Source: an uncultured Alphaproteobacteria bacterium (lineage in GTDB: Bacteria > Pseudomonadota > Alphaproteobacteria > Sphingomonadales > Sphingomonadaceae). From it: DNA of 64,000 nt. Shown piece after piece: positions 32,144 to 42,326 of this stretch. A model generated the notes under the pieces. That model was not told where the DNA came from. It did not search any database and saw only the letters and a list, made by a program, of their open reading frames with translations. Numbering within the stretch: the stretch's first letter is position 1; each line of letters starts with the position of its first letter. The translations under genes and the position numbers were made by a program. The stretch is taken from assembly GCA_963827675.1 (NCBI GenBank), contig CAWHBP010000008.1, positions 381,088-445,087 on the forward strand, written 5' to 3'.

Positions 32144-32172
32144 TATATGTCCGCTTCGTAAGCGGACACCGG
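32144..32172. repeat. Degenerate site F (spacer shortened to 3 nt)
   Basis: TATATGTCCGCTT-CGT-AAGCGGACACCGG; same arm core TGTCCGCTT/AAGCGGACA. Confidence 0.7.
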
Positions 32173-32207
32173 CAGACAAGATTGAACCCCGACGTTAATC
32201 GGCAACC

Positions 32208-33122
32208 GTGACCGTCACCACCGACATCGTCCCCGACAGCGAGCGGCGTGGGTTGATCGGCATGCTGCCGCCACGCCTGCGGCCCTTCGCGTCACTGATG
32301 CGGCTCGACCGGCCAATCGGGACGTGGCTGCTCTACTGGCCGTGCGCTTGGAGCGTCGCGCTTGCGGGCGTCGGCAGCCGCTGGGATCTTCTCCTCTGGT
32401 TTGCGCTCGGTGCATTTGCGATGCGGAGCGCGGGGTGCGTCTACAACGACATCGTCGACCGTGACCTCGACCGGCGGGTCGAGCGCACCCGGCTGCGCCC
32501 CCTCGCCAGTGGCCGCGTGTCAATTCTCTCAGCCTGGGTGCTGATCGGCCTGCTGTGCCTGATGGGGCTCGTCGTCCTGCTGCAGCTCAATACGACGGCC
32601 GCGATCGTCGCGCTCGTCAGCGTGGCGCCGGTCGCAGCTTATCCGTTCATGAAGCGCATCACCTGGTGGCCGCAGGCATGGCTCGGCCTTGTCTTTTCGT
32701 GGGGCGCCTTGGTGGGCTGGCCGGCAGTTTCCGGCACCCTCGACTGGCCGCCGCTCCTGCTCTGGCTCGGGAGCATCGCATGGGTGATCGGTTACGACAC
32801 GCTCTATGCGATCCAGGACATCGAGGACGATGCGCTGGTGGGCGTGAAGTCGTCCGCGCGGCGGCTTGGAGACAAGGCAGCCGTCGGCGTTGGCTTGTTC
32901 TATGCTGCGGCGTTGATTCTGTGGGGCGCGGCCATCTGGTCGGTCCGCCCGGAGTGGCTCGCACTCGCCGCTCTTGCCCCGGCCGCTCTTCACCTGGCCA
33001 ACCAGGCGTTCCGGGCCGATCCAAGCAACGGCGAACTGGCGCTGCGGCTATTCCGCTCGAACCGCAGCTGCGGACTGCTCGTCTTCTTCGCCATGCTGGT
33101 CGTCGGGCTTTCCACGCGCTAG
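32208..33122 (+). CDS. ubiA: 4-hydroxybenzoate polyprenyltransferase
   Basis: MRLDRPIGTWLL, MRSAGCVYNDIVDRDLD, YDTLYAIQDIEDD. Confidence 0.97.
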   Translation: MTVTTDIVPDSERRGLIGMLPPRLRPFASLMRLDRPIGTWLLYWPCAWSVALAGVGSRWDLLLWFALGAFAMRSAGCVYNDIVDRDLDRRVERTRLRPLASGRVSILSAWVLIGLLCLMGLVVLLQLNTTAAIVALVSVAPVAAYPFMKRITWWPQAWLGLVFSWGALVGWPAVSGTLDWPPLLLWLGSIAWVIGYDTLYAIQDIEDDALVGVKSSARRLGDKAAVGVGLFYAAALILWGAAIWSVRPEWLALAALAPAALHLANQAFRADPSNGELALRLFRSNRSCGLLVFFAMLVVGLSTR

Positions 33123-33134
33123 GGCGCGCGGCCC

Positions 33135-34481
33135 ATGCAAGCTCCAGACGACGCCCGCCGCATTGCCGAAACCTTGGTCGAGCGCGGCATCGCCGCAGGC
33201 GCCACTGCCGCCGACGCGCTCTATGTCGGTGATCGCTCGTCCGCGGTGCAGGTGCGGCTCGGCGAGCTCGAGGACGTTAGCCGCTCGGAAGGCGAACAGA
33301 TCGGGCTCCGCCTGTTCGATGGCCAGCGTTCGGCGACGGCGGCATCATCCGATCTGTCCGATGAAGCCCTCGGGGTGCTCGTCGAGCGCTGCCTCGCAAT
33401 GGCCCGCGAAGCGCCCGAAGATTCATACACCGGCCTTGCCCCCGAGGGGCTGCTGCAGCGCGGGGACCTGCCATCCGTCGAGGGGTTCGACCGGCGCGAG
33501 CCGGACCCAGGCGAGTTGCGGGCGCGGGCTCTGGAGGCCGAAACGGCCGCGCTCGCCGTCCGCGGCATCACCAACTCGAGCGGCGCGAGCGCCGGCGCCT
33601 CCGGCAGCACCATCGCTCTCGCGACGTCGGGCGGCTTCTCCGGCGCTTATCGCGTCACCGGCCACAGCTGTTCGGCAGGCGTGATCGCGGGTGAGGGCGC
33701 GACCATGCAGCGCGACCACGCCTGGCATAGCGCGCGCTTCCTCGAAGACCTCGACACTGCCCAGGAGATCGGCCGCAAGGCCGGTGTGCGCGCCGTCGCG
33801 CGGCTCAAACCCACGCGGCCCAGGCCCGGCAAATATCCGGTCATCTTCGACCCGCGGGTCTCCGCCGGCCTGCTCGGCCACTTCGCATCCGCCATTTCCG
33901 GTTCGTCGATCGCTCGGCGCACGAGTTTCCTGCAGGAAAAGCTCGGCCAGGCCGTCTTCTCTGCCGGCGTGACTATCGTCGACGATCCGCTTCGCCAGCG
34001 CGGCCTCCGCTCGCGCCCGTTCGACGGTGAAGGCCTGCGCGTCGCGCGTCGCGAGCTCATCGTGGACGGGGTCCTTCAAAGCTGGATCGCCGAGACCGCG
34101 TCCGCACGTCAGCTCGGGATCGAGCCTACGGGCCATGCATCGCGAGGCGTCGGCGGCGCTCCCGGTGCGAGCCCGAGCAACCTGTACATGGAAGCGGGCG
34201 CTCGCAGCCGCGAGGACCTTTTCGCGGCCTTTCCCGAAGCCGTGTTGATCGTCGAGCTAATCGGGCAGGGCGTGAATGGCGTGACGGGCGACTACAGCCG
34301 GGGCGCCGTCGGCTTCATGGTCCGCGGCGGCGAGGTCGCCGAGCCCGTGGCGGAGATCACGATCGCCTCGAATCTGGTGGATATGTTCGCGACGCTGGAG
34401 CCCGGCTCGGACCTCGAGTTCCGCCGCGGCGTCGATGCGCCGACGATCCTCGTTCCGGAAATGACGGTGGGCGCCGCTTAA
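33135..34481 (+). CDS. pmbA: TldD/PmbA family protein (PmbA/TldE-like)
   Basis: SRPFDGEG, GQGVNGVTGDYSRG, EITIASNL; no HExxH seen. Confidence 0.88.
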   Translation: MQAPDDARRIAETLVERGIAAGATAADALYVGDRSSAVQVRLGELEDVSRSEGEQIGLRLFDGQRSATAASSDLSDEALGVLVERCLAMAREAPEDSYTGLAPEGLLQRGDLPSVEGFDRREPDPGELRARALEAETAALAVRGITNSSGASAGASGSTIALATSGGFSGAYRVTGHSCSAGVIAGEGATMQRDHAWHSARFLEDLDTAQEIGRKAGVRAVARLKPTRPRPGKYPVIFDPRVSAGLLGHFASAISGSSIARRTSFLQEKLGQAVFSAGVTIVDDPLRQRGLRSRPFDGEGLRVARRELIVDGVLQSWIAETASARQLGIEPTGHASRGVGGAPGASPSNLYMEAGARSREDLFAAFPEAVLIVELIGQGVNGVTGDYSRGAVGFMVRGGEVAEPVAEITIASNLVDMFATLEPGSDLEFRRGVDAPTILVPEMTVGAA

Positions 34482-34915
34482 GCCTCCGCAGCGATTCGAG
34501 GGATTCCGAGCCGGGGAATGTCGATCTTCGGGCACCGGTCCATAACGACCTTGAGGCCGGCCGCCTCGGCTCGAGCGGCAGCCTCCTCATTGATGACGCC
34601 GATCTGCATCCAGACCGCCTTGGCGCCGACGAAGATCGCCTGGTCGACCGCCTCGCCGGCGGCTTCCGGCCGCCGGAAAATGTCGACGATGTCGATCGGC
34701 ACGCCGATCTGCGCCAGTTCGCGCCAGACGAACTCGCCGTGCACATGCTCACCCGTGATCTGCGGGTTCACCGGGATGACGCGATAGCCCCAATCCTGCA
34801 GGAACTTCATCACGCCGTAGGACGGCCGGCTCGGCCGGTCGGAGGCGCCGACCATCGCGATCGTGAGCGCGTTGGTCAGAAGCTCGGCAATGTCCTCGTC
34901 GCGCGTGAGCGGCAT
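34478..34915 (-). CDS. CoA-binding protein (YccU-like)
   Basis: IAMVGASDRPSRPSY, VDIFR, VWMQIGV, VVMDRC. Confidence 0.93.
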   Translation of the reverse strand: MPLTRDEDIAELLTNALTIAMVGASDRPSRPSYGVMKFLQDWGYRVIPVNPQITGEHVHGEFVWRELAQIGVPIDIVDIFRRPEAAGEAVDQAIFVGAKAVWMQIGVINEEAAARAEAAGLKVVMDRCPKIDIPRLGIPRIAAEA

Positions 34916-34937
34916 GATCGACTCTCCTTGCCGATGC

Positions 34938-35885
34938 TCAATGCGTCACGGCCGCCATCAGTTTCGCGGCGATGGCGGCGAATGCCTCAGCCTCCGGCGT
35001 GTCCGAGGCCGCTGGGGGCGTTCCGGCATCGGAAGCCTCCCGGATCGCGAGAGACAGGGGCAGCCGGCCGAGGAACGGCACACCCATTTCCGCGGCCGCC
35101 GCTTCCGCGCCGCCACATCCGAAGGGATGGGAAGCCTCGCCACAATGCGGGCAGGTGTAGGTCGCCATATTTTCAATGATTCCAAGCACCGGCACGCTGG
35201 TCTTGTTGAACAGGTCCACCGCCCGGCGCGCATCGATCAGCGAAAGGTCCTGCGGCGTGGACACGATCACAGCGCCGGCCGGCCGCGAGCGCTGTATGAG
35301 CGACAGCTGCACGTCGCCTGTCCCGGGGGGAAGGTCGACGATGAGCAGCTCCGTGTCGCCCCATTCGGCGTCGATCAAATTGGCGAGTGCTCCCGTGGCC
35401 ATCGGTCCGCGCCAGGCAAGCGCATGGCCGGGGGAAACCAGCTGGCCGAGCGACAAGAACCGCAAGCCATGCGCCTCCACGGGAACCAGCTTTTCGCCCT
35501 TGGCGGTGGGCTTGTCATGCCGGCCGAGCAAAGTCGGCTGCGAAGGCCCGTACACGTCGGCATCGATCAGCCCGACTTTCTTGCCGCTGCGCGCAAGCGC
35601 GACGGCCAGGTTCGCCGACACGGTCGACTTGCCAACGCCGCCCTTGCCGCTGCCGATGGCGATGAGCGTGCGCGCCTGCTGCGCGGCCGTCAGTGCAACG
35701 CGGGCCTCGGCCACACCCGGCGTGTGGAGGGCTGCGGCTCGCAGGTCTTGCTCGAGCGATTGACGCTCGGCCTCGCTCAGCCCGGTTGCATCCGCGATGA
35801 TCGTCGCAATCCCGCCGGCCACCTTGCGCGAGCGGATTCGCTCGTCGTGCGGCAGGTCGGTCAGCGGGTCTACGGGGTGGGCCAT
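34938..35885 (-). CDS. mrp: Mrp/NBP35 (ApbC) Fe-S carrier ATPase
   Basis: GSGKGGVGKST, DADVYGPS, WRGPM, DLPPGTGD, CPHC. Confidence 0.93.
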   Translation of the reverse strand: MAHPVDPLTDLPHDERIRSRKVAGGIATIIADATGLSEAERQSLEQDLRAAALHTPGVAEARVALTAAQQARTLIAIGSGKGGVGKSTVSANLAVALARSGKKVGLIDADVYGPSQPTLLGRHDKPTAKGEKLVPVEAHGLRFLSLGQLVSPGHALAWRGPMATGALANLIDAEWGDTELLIVDLPPGTGDVQLSLIQRSRPAGAVIVSTPQDLSLIDARRAVDLFNKTSVPVLGIIENMATYTCPHCGEASHPFGCGGAEAAAAEMGVPFLGRLPLSLAIREASDAGTPPAASDTPEAEAFAAIAAKLMAAVTH

Positions 35886-35955
35886 GGGCGGGACATAGGA
35901 GGCAAGCTGCGGCTTGCCACTGTTTTTCGGTGCGGCTCTCTCTATATTCGCCGTC

Positions 35956-37065
35956 ATGAACATCATTTCGGGGTGGGGCAGCCGCGTCCGCGGCCTGTTC
36001 GCCGACAGCAAAGGACCCTGGGGTTCGGGTAGCAACGGCTCAAGCGGCGACGGCCCTCCAGAGCCGTCTTCCGACGAAGGGCAGGGCAACGGGCCTTGGG
36101 GTGAGCCGACACGTCCGCGCCGCTCGGGGATTGGCGCGGGTTCGAACGTCTCCTCTCTCGACGACCTGCTGCGTCGCGGCCGCGCTCGCTTCGGCGGATC
36201 CGGGGGTGGTGGACTTCCTGGCCGTCCCGATCGGTCGCTGATCATATGGGCCGTGCTCGGCCTCATCGCCGTATGGCTGATTTTCACGTCGATGCATTCG
36301 ATCTCGCCGAGCCAGCGCGGCGTGGTGACCCAGTTCGGCCGTTATAGCCGCACGCTCGGCCCGGGCATCGGCTTGACCCTGCCGTCGCCCATCGAACGGG
36401 TGAAGAAGATCGACGTCGAGAATATCCGCACCATCGACCTCGGGTCGTCGACATCGGATGATCTGATGCTGACCGGCGACCAGAATCTCATCAACCTGGC
36501 CTATTCGGTTCGCTGGAACATCCGTACGCCCGAGCTCTACCTGTTCCAGCTCGCGCAACCGGACGAAACCATCCGCGAGGTCGCCGAAAGTGCCATGCGT
36601 GCAGTGGTAAGTCGCGTATCGCTCAACGACGCGATGGGCGACCGCCGCGCCCAGATTGAAACCCGAGTTTCCGAGAACATGCAGCAGATCCTCGATTCCT
36701 ATCGTTCGGGTATTCAGGTGCAGGGCATCGCCATCAAGCAGGCGGATCCGCCAGAGCCCGTGAATGACGCCTTCAAAGAAGTCACTGCCGCACAGCAGGA
36801 CGCGAAGTCGTACATCAACAGCGCCAATGCCTATTCGCTCCAGTTGCGCCAGAAGGCGCAAGGCGAGGCAACGGCATTCGACAAGGTCTACGAGCAATAC
36901 AGGCTCGCGCCGGAGGTCACTCGACGCCGCATGTATTACGAGACGATGGAGCAGGTGCTTTCGAAGGTGGATAAGACGATCGTCGAGGCGAATGGCGTGA
37001 CGCCTTACCTCCCGCTGCCTCAAATCCAGAAGGCGCAGCCCCAGTCGCAAGGACGCCAGCAATGA
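35956..37065 (+). CDS. hflK: FtsH modulator HflK
   Basis: Gly-rich N-terminus, TM, MLTGDQN, APEVTRRRMYYETME. Confidence 0.94.
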   Translation: MNIISGWGSRVRGLFADSKGPWGSGSNGSSGDGPPEPSSDEGQGNGPWGEPTRPRRSGIGAGSNVSSLDDLLRRGRARFGGSGGGGLPGRPDRSLIIWAVLGLIAVWLIFTSMHSISPSQRGVVTQFGRYSRTLGPGIGLTLPSPIERVKKIDVENIRTIDLGSSTSDDLMLTGDQNLINLAYSVRWNIRTPELYLFQLAQPDETIREVAESAMRAVVSRVSLNDAMGDRRAQIETRVSENMQQILDSYRSGIQVQGIAIKQADPPEPVNDAFKEVTAAQQDAKSYINSANAYSLQLRQKAQGEATAFDKVYEQYRLAPEVTRRRMYYETMEQVLSKVDKTIVEANGVTPYLPLPQIQKAQPQSQGRQQ

Positions 37066-37925
37066 CGGAGTTCATTCGGCGCCGCCCGATGGTCTCGGCC
37101 GTTTTGGCCGTGCTGCTAATCGGCCTCCTGATCACGAGCTTCCCTATCATTCCCGAGACGAAACAGGCGGTAGTCGTCCGCTTCGGCAAGCCGGTCGCGG
37201 TCTTCAACCAGTACAAGGCTGGGCGGCCGATCGGAGCGGCAGGCGCAGGCGTGAACTTCCGGTTCCCGTTCATCGACCAGCTGGTGTGGATCGACAAGCG
37301 CGTCCAGGACGTCGACATGCAGCGCCAGCAGGTCATCTCGACGGACCAGCGCCGCCTCCAGGTTGATGCGTTCGCGCGCTACCGGATCGTCGATCCGTTG
37401 CTGATGTACATTCGCGCCGGCAACGAGCAGCAGCTAACCGAGCAGCTACGGCCGATTCTCGGATCGGAGGTCCGCAACGAGCTTGGCCGAATCGAATTCG
37501 CTCAACTGCTGACGCCCGAGCGCCAGGGCATCATGAACAGCGTTCGCACATCGCTGAACCTCATCGCGCGTCAATATGGCGTCGAGGTCCTCGACGTGCG
37601 GATCAAGCGCACGGATTTGCCCGACGGAGCCCCATTGACGTCCGCGTTCGAAAGCATGCGGACTGCGCGTCAGCAGGAGGCGCGCTCCATTCGCGCGCAA
37701 GGCGCGAAGCAGGCGCAGATCATCCGCGCCGAAGCCGATGCCGAGGCCGCGCGAACCTATGCTGCGAGTTTCGGCAAGGACCCGCAATTCTACGACTTCT
37801 ACCGTGCGATGCAGAGCTATCAGCAGACCTTCATTGGCGACGGGCAGGAGAAGGTTGCGTCGACGACCATCATTCTGTCGCCGCAGGACGACTATTTGAA
37901 GGAATTCTCTGGACGTTCGCGCTGA
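37062..37925 (+). CDS. hflC: FtsH modulator HflC
   Basis: SPFH domain, DVRIKRTDLP, KDPQFYDFYRAMQSY; ATGA overlap with hflK. Confidence 0.94.
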   Translation: MTEFIRRRPMVSAVLAVLLIGLLITSFPIIPETKQAVVVRFGKPVAVFNQYKAGRPIGAAGAGVNFRFPFIDQLVWIDKRVQDVDMQRQQVISTDQRRLQVDAFARYRIVDPLLMYIRAGNEQQLTEQLRPILGSEVRNELGRIEFAQLLTPERQGIMNSVRTSLNLIARQYGVEVLDVRIKRTDLPDGAPLTSAFESMRTARQQEARSIRAQGAKQAQIIRAEADAEAARTYAASFGKDPQFYDFYRAMQSYQQTFIGDGQEKVASTTIILSPQDDYLKEFSGRSR

Positions 37926-38014
37926 AGACCCGTTGGACCTTAACCTGTTCAAAAGTCGTTCAGCCGACGGGGCCGTTAGCGCCCTTGCGTCCCACCTGAA
38001 TTGATGGAGTATCG

Positions 38015-39583
38015 ATGAGACCGAAGGAGTCCGGAAAAGTGCGCTACGCCTATGGGGTCGCGATGGCCCTGCTACTGGGAGGGACGGCATTTTCTCTCGC
38101 CACTGGCGAGGCCGGCGCTCAGGTTGCCCAGAATGCGCCGGGGACTTCCGCGCTTGCCCCGCGAGCAGGGGCCCCGATGTCCTTCGCGGATCTTGCCGCA
38201 CGCCTTCAGCCCGCCGTGGTCAATATCTCGACCAAGCAGCGCGTGCCGGTCAGGGCCCAGGCCGACCCGTTCGAGGAGTTCTTCCGCCGCTTCGATCCGA
38301 CCGTCCCGCCGAGCGGCGGTGGCGGTCAGCAGCAACAGCAGCAGCAGCAGCAGCGCACGCGTGAGGCCGGATCGGTCGGCTCCGGCTTCATCATTTCGCC
38401 GGACGGCTACGTCGTCACCAACAATCACCTCGTTCAGGGCGCGAACGGCACGGGGACGGTCGACACGGTCACCGTCATCACCACCGACCGGAAGGAATAT
38501 CCGGCGCGCATTGTCGGGCGTGACGAGACGTCGGACCTTGCAGTCCTGAAGATCGAGGGTCGCAACCTTCCCTATGTCCGCTGGGGCGACAGCACAAAAG
38601 CGCGGGTCGGAGACTGGATCGTCGCCATCGGCAATCCCTATGGCCTCGGCGGAACCGTCACGGCCGGAATCATCTCGGCACTGCACCGCGGCATCACCGG
38701 CGTCGGCGCCTACGATCGCTACATCCAGACCGACGCGGCCATCAACATGGGCAACAGCGGCGGTCCGATGTTCGACCTCAACGGGAACGTGATCGGGATC
38801 AACTCGGCGCTGATCTCGCCGACCGGCGCGTCGGTCGGTATCGGCCTCGCGATCCCGACGGAGGCCGCCAAGCCGGTCGTGGAATCCCTGATGCGCGGCC
38901 AGCGGCCGCAGCGCGGCTACCTCGGCGTCGGCCTCCAGCCGCTGGACGAGAACCTAGCTCCGAGCCTCGGGCTGCCGAAGGATAGCGGCGAAATCGTCCG
39001 TTCGGTGGTCGCCAACGGCCCGGCGGCCCGCGGCGGGCTGCAGCAGGGCGACGTCATCGTTCGTGTGAACGGCCAGCCGGTCACCCCCGATCAGACGGTT
39101 TCGTACCTCATTGCCAACACCCCCGTCGGCTCGCGTGTTCCGCTCGAGATCTTCCGGGGGGGCAAGCGTGCCACCGTAAACGTGGTCGTAGGCCAGCGTC
39201 CCACGGAGGAAGCTCTCGCCCGGATCAGCGGCGGAGACGCAACTACGCCAGGTGGTCAGGGTGCAACGTCGAGCGCGCCGCAGAAGACACTGGGACTGAC
39301 GCTGGCCCCACTCACCCCGGAGCTCGCGCGTGCAGCAAACCTTCCGGCGTCAGCTCGGGGAGTCATCATCACCGCCGTCGATCCCAACAGCGACGCCGGG
39401 GATGAAGGCCTGCAACGCGGCGACCTGATCGTCTCGGTGAATAATCAGCTGGTGACGACACCGGCGCAGATCGTCTCCGCGGTCGATACCGCGCGCCGTA
39501 CAGGCCGCTCGAGCGTGCTGCTTCTGGTGAAGCGCGGCAATGCTCCGGAAGCGTTCGTCGGCTTGGACATCAGCGGCCGATAG
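38015..39583 (+). CDS. Do/DegP-family serine endopeptidase with two PDZ domains
   Basis: GSGFII, TNNH, DLAVLK, QTDAAINMGNSGGP. Confidence 0.95.
   Translation: MRPKESGKVRYAYGVAMALLLGGTAFSLATGEAGAQVAQNAPGTSALAPRAGAPMSFADLAARLQPAVVNISTKQRVPVRAQADPFEEFFRRFDPTVPPSGGGGQQQQQQQQQRTREAGSVGSGFIISPDGYVVTNNHLVQGANGTGTVDTVTVITTDRKEYPARIVGRDETSDLAVLKIEGRNLPYVRWGDSTKARVGDWIVAIGNPYGLGGTVTAGIISALHRGITGVGAYDRYIQTDAAINMGNSGGPMFDLNGNVIGINSALISPTGASVGIGLAIPTEAAKPVVESLMRGQRPQRGYLGVGLQPLDENLAPSLGLPKDSGEIVRSVVANGPAARGGLQQGDVIVRVNGQPVTPDQTVSYLIANTPVGSRVPLEIFRGGKRATVNVVVGQRPTEEALARISGGDATTPGGQGATSSAPQKTLGLTLAPLTPELARAANLPASARGVIITAVDPNSDAGDEGLQRGDLIVSVNNQLVTTPAQIVSAVDTARRTGRSSVLLLVKRGNAPEAFVGLDISGR
38327..38353 (+). 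repeat. CAG triplet repeat encoding Q9
   Basis: cagcagcaacagcagcagcagcagcag in the protease N-terminal loop. Confidence 0.9.
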
Positions 39584-39654
39584 AAGCCTGGTCTCCCCTC
39601 CGGCGGTCCTTGTGCTACAGCAGTAGCTGAGCGAAGGGGCGCCGGAGGCCAGCT

Positions 39655-41265
39655 TTGAGCGACAATAGCATCTTCATCGGCGCCGAATTGGGCGGCGGCA
39701 ATCCACAGAAACTCGAACTTGCGCGCGCGAACCGCCACGGCCTGATCGCCGGGGCGACGGGAACCGGCAAGACGGTCACCCTGCAGGGAATCGTCGAGGG
39801 CCTTTCGGCTGCGGGCGTCCCGACCTTCGTCGCCGACGTCAAAGGCGACCTGTCGGGTCTCGCAATGGCCGGCTCGCCCACGTCCAAGATGCACGAGGTC
39901 TTCGCCGGTCGTGCGCAGGACATCGGCTATGCGGGCTGGCAGTATCGCGACTGCCCGGTGCAGCTGTGGGACCTGTTCGGCGAACAGGGCCACCCGATCC
40001 GGACGACCGTAACGGAGATGGGGCCGCTCCTCCTGGCGCGGCTGATGAACCTCAATGAGGTCCAGGAAGGGGTGCTCACCATCGCCTTCCACGTCGGCGA
40101 CAAGGAAGGTCTGCCGCTCATCGACCTCGACGACCTGCAGGCGATGCTGGTCAATGTCGGTGAGCGCGCCGACGAGCTGACCCTTGAATACGGCAACGTC
40201 TCGAAGCAGTCGGTCGGCGCAATCCAGCGCTCGCTGCTTCAGCTGAGAAGCCAGGGCGGCGACCATTTCTTCGGCGAGCCCGCGCTCGATCTCGACGATT
40301 TCCTTTACTTCGACGAGAGCGCCCGCGGAGTGGTCAACATCCTCGCTGCGGACAAGCTGATGCAGAGCCCGCGGCTCTATTCGACCTTCCTGCTGTGGCT
40401 TCTGTCGGAGCTTTTCGAGCAATTGCCCGAGATCGGCGACCAGCCTTTGCCGAAGCTCGCCTTCTTCTTCGACGAGGCGCACCTGCTGTTCAACAACTCG
40501 CCGCCCGCCTTGCTCGAGAAGGTCGAGCAGGTCGTTCGCCTGATCCGTTCGAAGGGTGTCGGCGTCTATTTCATCACGCAGAACCCGATCGACATTCCGG
40601 ATACCGTTGCGGCGCAGCTCAACAACCGCATCCAGCACAAGCTCAACGCCTTCACGCCGCGCGACCAGCAGGCGGTGAAGTCCGCCGCCGACACCTTCCG
40701 GCCCAATCCGGCAATCGACGTCGCAAGTGCGATCACGGAGCTGAAGATCGGCGAAGCGCTCGTTTCGCTGCTTCAGGAAGACGGCTCGCCATCGCCTGCG
40801 CAACGCGTGCTCATCAAGCCGCCAAGCTCGCGCGTCGGTCCAATTACGCCACAGGAGCGGCAGGTGCTGGTGACCACCGACCAGGTCGGCAACAAGTACG
40901 ACAGCCTGCTCGACCGTGAATCGGCCGAGGAGATGATCGCGGCCAAGACTGCCGAGGCGGCTGCCGCAACGGCCGCCGCGAAAGCGAAAACCGATGCCGA
41001 CAAGCAGGCTGCGGAGCAGGCGAAGGCCGATGCGGCCGCGCAGCGCGAGCAGCTTCGTCTGCAGCGCGAGCAGGAACGCCTGCAGGCCCAGCGCGAACGC
41101 CAGCAGGTCCAGGCGGAGGCGCGCGCCGCGCGTGAAGCTGCGCGCCCGACCATGACCGACAAGGTCATCCAGTCGGCAACCCGCGCCGCTGCCAGCTCCG
41201 TCGGACGCCAGCTCGGTAACCAGCTGCTTCGCGGGATACTCGGCGGGCTCTTCAGGGGCCGCTAA
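39655..41265 (+). CDS. HerA-like ATPase, DUF853/YjgR family
   Basis: ANRHGLIAGATGTGKT, DVKGDLSG, FFDEAHLLF, RLIRSKGVG. Confidence 0.94.
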   Translation: MSDNSIFIGAELGGGNPQKLELARANRHGLIAGATGTGKTVTLQGIVEGLSAAGVPTFVADVKGDLSGLAMAGSPTSKMHEVFAGRAQDIGYAGWQYRDCPVQLWDLFGEQGHPIRTTVTEMGPLLLARLMNLNEVQEGVLTIAFHVGDKEGLPLIDLDDLQAMLVNVGERADELTLEYGNVSKQSVGAIQRSLLQLRSQGGDHFFGEPALDLDDFLYFDESARGVVNILAADKLMQSPRLYSTFLLWLLSELFEQLPEIGDQPLPKLAFFFDEAHLLFNNSPPALLEKVEQVVRLIRSKGVGVYFITQNPIDIPDTVAAQLNNRIQHKLNAFTPRDQQAVKSAADTFRPNPAIDVASAITELKIGEALVSLLQEDGSPSPAQRVLIKPPSSRVGPITPQERQVLVTTDQVGNKYDSLLDRESAEEMIAAKTAEAAAATAAAKAKTDADKQAAEQAKADAAAQREQLRLQREQERLQAQRERQQVQAEARAAREAARPTMTDKVIQSATRAAASSVGRQLGNQLLRGILGGLFRGR

Positions 41266-41885
41266 TGGGACTTGGTGCGGCCTTCCTGCTCCTTGCAGTG
41301 GCGGCGCCGAACGATCCGCTCGCTGGGCTCTATCGCACGCATCAGATGGAGGTGGCGGCTGCCCTCGAGCTGCAGCCCAACGGCCACTTCCGTTACGGAT
41401 TGTCCTACGGCGCGATGGACGAGCAGGCCGAAGGCGTCTGGGTCGCCGACGGCAGCACCGTCCGCTTGACCAGCAGCCCGATGCCGAAGGAGCCGAGCTT
41501 CGAGCTCGTCCGGGACGAACCGGCGCCAAAGGGCGAGCTTTTCATCGCGCTCGAAAAGACAGACTTCGGTTGGGGCGGCCCGCTACACGCCGTCGCCCGT
41601 CTCGCCGGCGAGGCCGAGCCCGCGCTTATCGTCGCCGACGAGGAGGGGCGCGTCGACCTGCGCGGGCGAATCGTCACGTCGGTGCAGCCGCTGATGCCGA
41701 TGTCCAAAACGGCGGGCCGGCCCGTCGCACTCAGCGCGGACCGAGGCCATCGCCTTCTGTTTCGTTTCCACGCCAACGATTTCGGGACGGCGGCCTTCAG
41801 GAATCAGCCGTTGACGCGCAGCGGTGCTGATTTGCTGCTACAACGATACGATACAACCTTTCGCTTTGTGAAAGTTCGGCCCTAA
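41265..41885 (+). CDS. Exported hypothetical protein
   Basis: Signal-like N-terminus; MEVAAALEL...GHFRYGLSYGAMDE. Confidence 0.75.
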   Translation: MGLGAAFLLLAVAAPNDPLAGLYRTHQMEVAAALELQPNGHFRYGLSYGAMDEQAEGVWVADGSTVRLTSSPMPKEPSFELVRDEPAPKGELFIALEKTDFGWGGPLHAVARLAGEAEPALIVADEEGRVDLRGRIVTSVQPLMPMSKTAGRPVALSADRGHRLLFRFHANDFGTAAFRNQPLTRSGADLLLQRYDTTFRFVKVRP

Positions 41886-41909
41886 AGAGGCGCGGGGAGA
41901 GAGAGAAGC

Positions 41910-42308
41910 GTGGCCGACAAGAATCGCCAGCTGATCGACGCGCTTGAGCGCGAATGGCGCGATGCCTTGTGCAGCCGCGACATGGATAAGCTGCGCGCGC
42001 TCGTTCATCCGGATTTCGTGCTGATCGGCACGCGCTCGACCGGCGCATTCATGATGCACCGCGACGAATGGCTCGACGCCATCCAGCGCCGCGACGTGCA
42101 GGATATCGAACTCGAAGTGCACGACGCGACCTCGCTCGAGCAGGTCATGGTCGGAACGGTCCAGGCCAAGTGGCGCGTCAAATATCTGGGCCGGATCATC
42201 GAGGACTGCGTCTTCCTCACGGACGTTTGGGTGAAGGACGACGGACAATGGCGCGCAATCCGGCGGCATTCGACGCCGGCGCCAGACGGCATGTGCCCGC
42301 AAGGCTAA
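41910..42308 (+). CDS. NTF2-like (DUF4440) protein
   Basis: LEREWRDAL...LVHPDF...TDVWVK..QWR...H pattern. Confidence 0.85.
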   Translation: MADKNRQLIDALEREWRDALCSRDMDKLRALVHPDFVLIGTRSTGAFMMHRDEWLDAIQRRDVQDIELEVHDATSLEQVMVGTVQAKWRVKYLGRIIEDCVFLTDVWVKDDGQWRAIRRHSTPAPDGMCPQG

Positions 42309-42326
42309 TTATAAAAGGGGGAATGG

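Noticed and set aside
39655-41265. HerA-like ATPase as an anti-phage system
   Set aside because: Motifs match the widespread DUF853/YjgR family and there is no Sir2 or nuclease partner.
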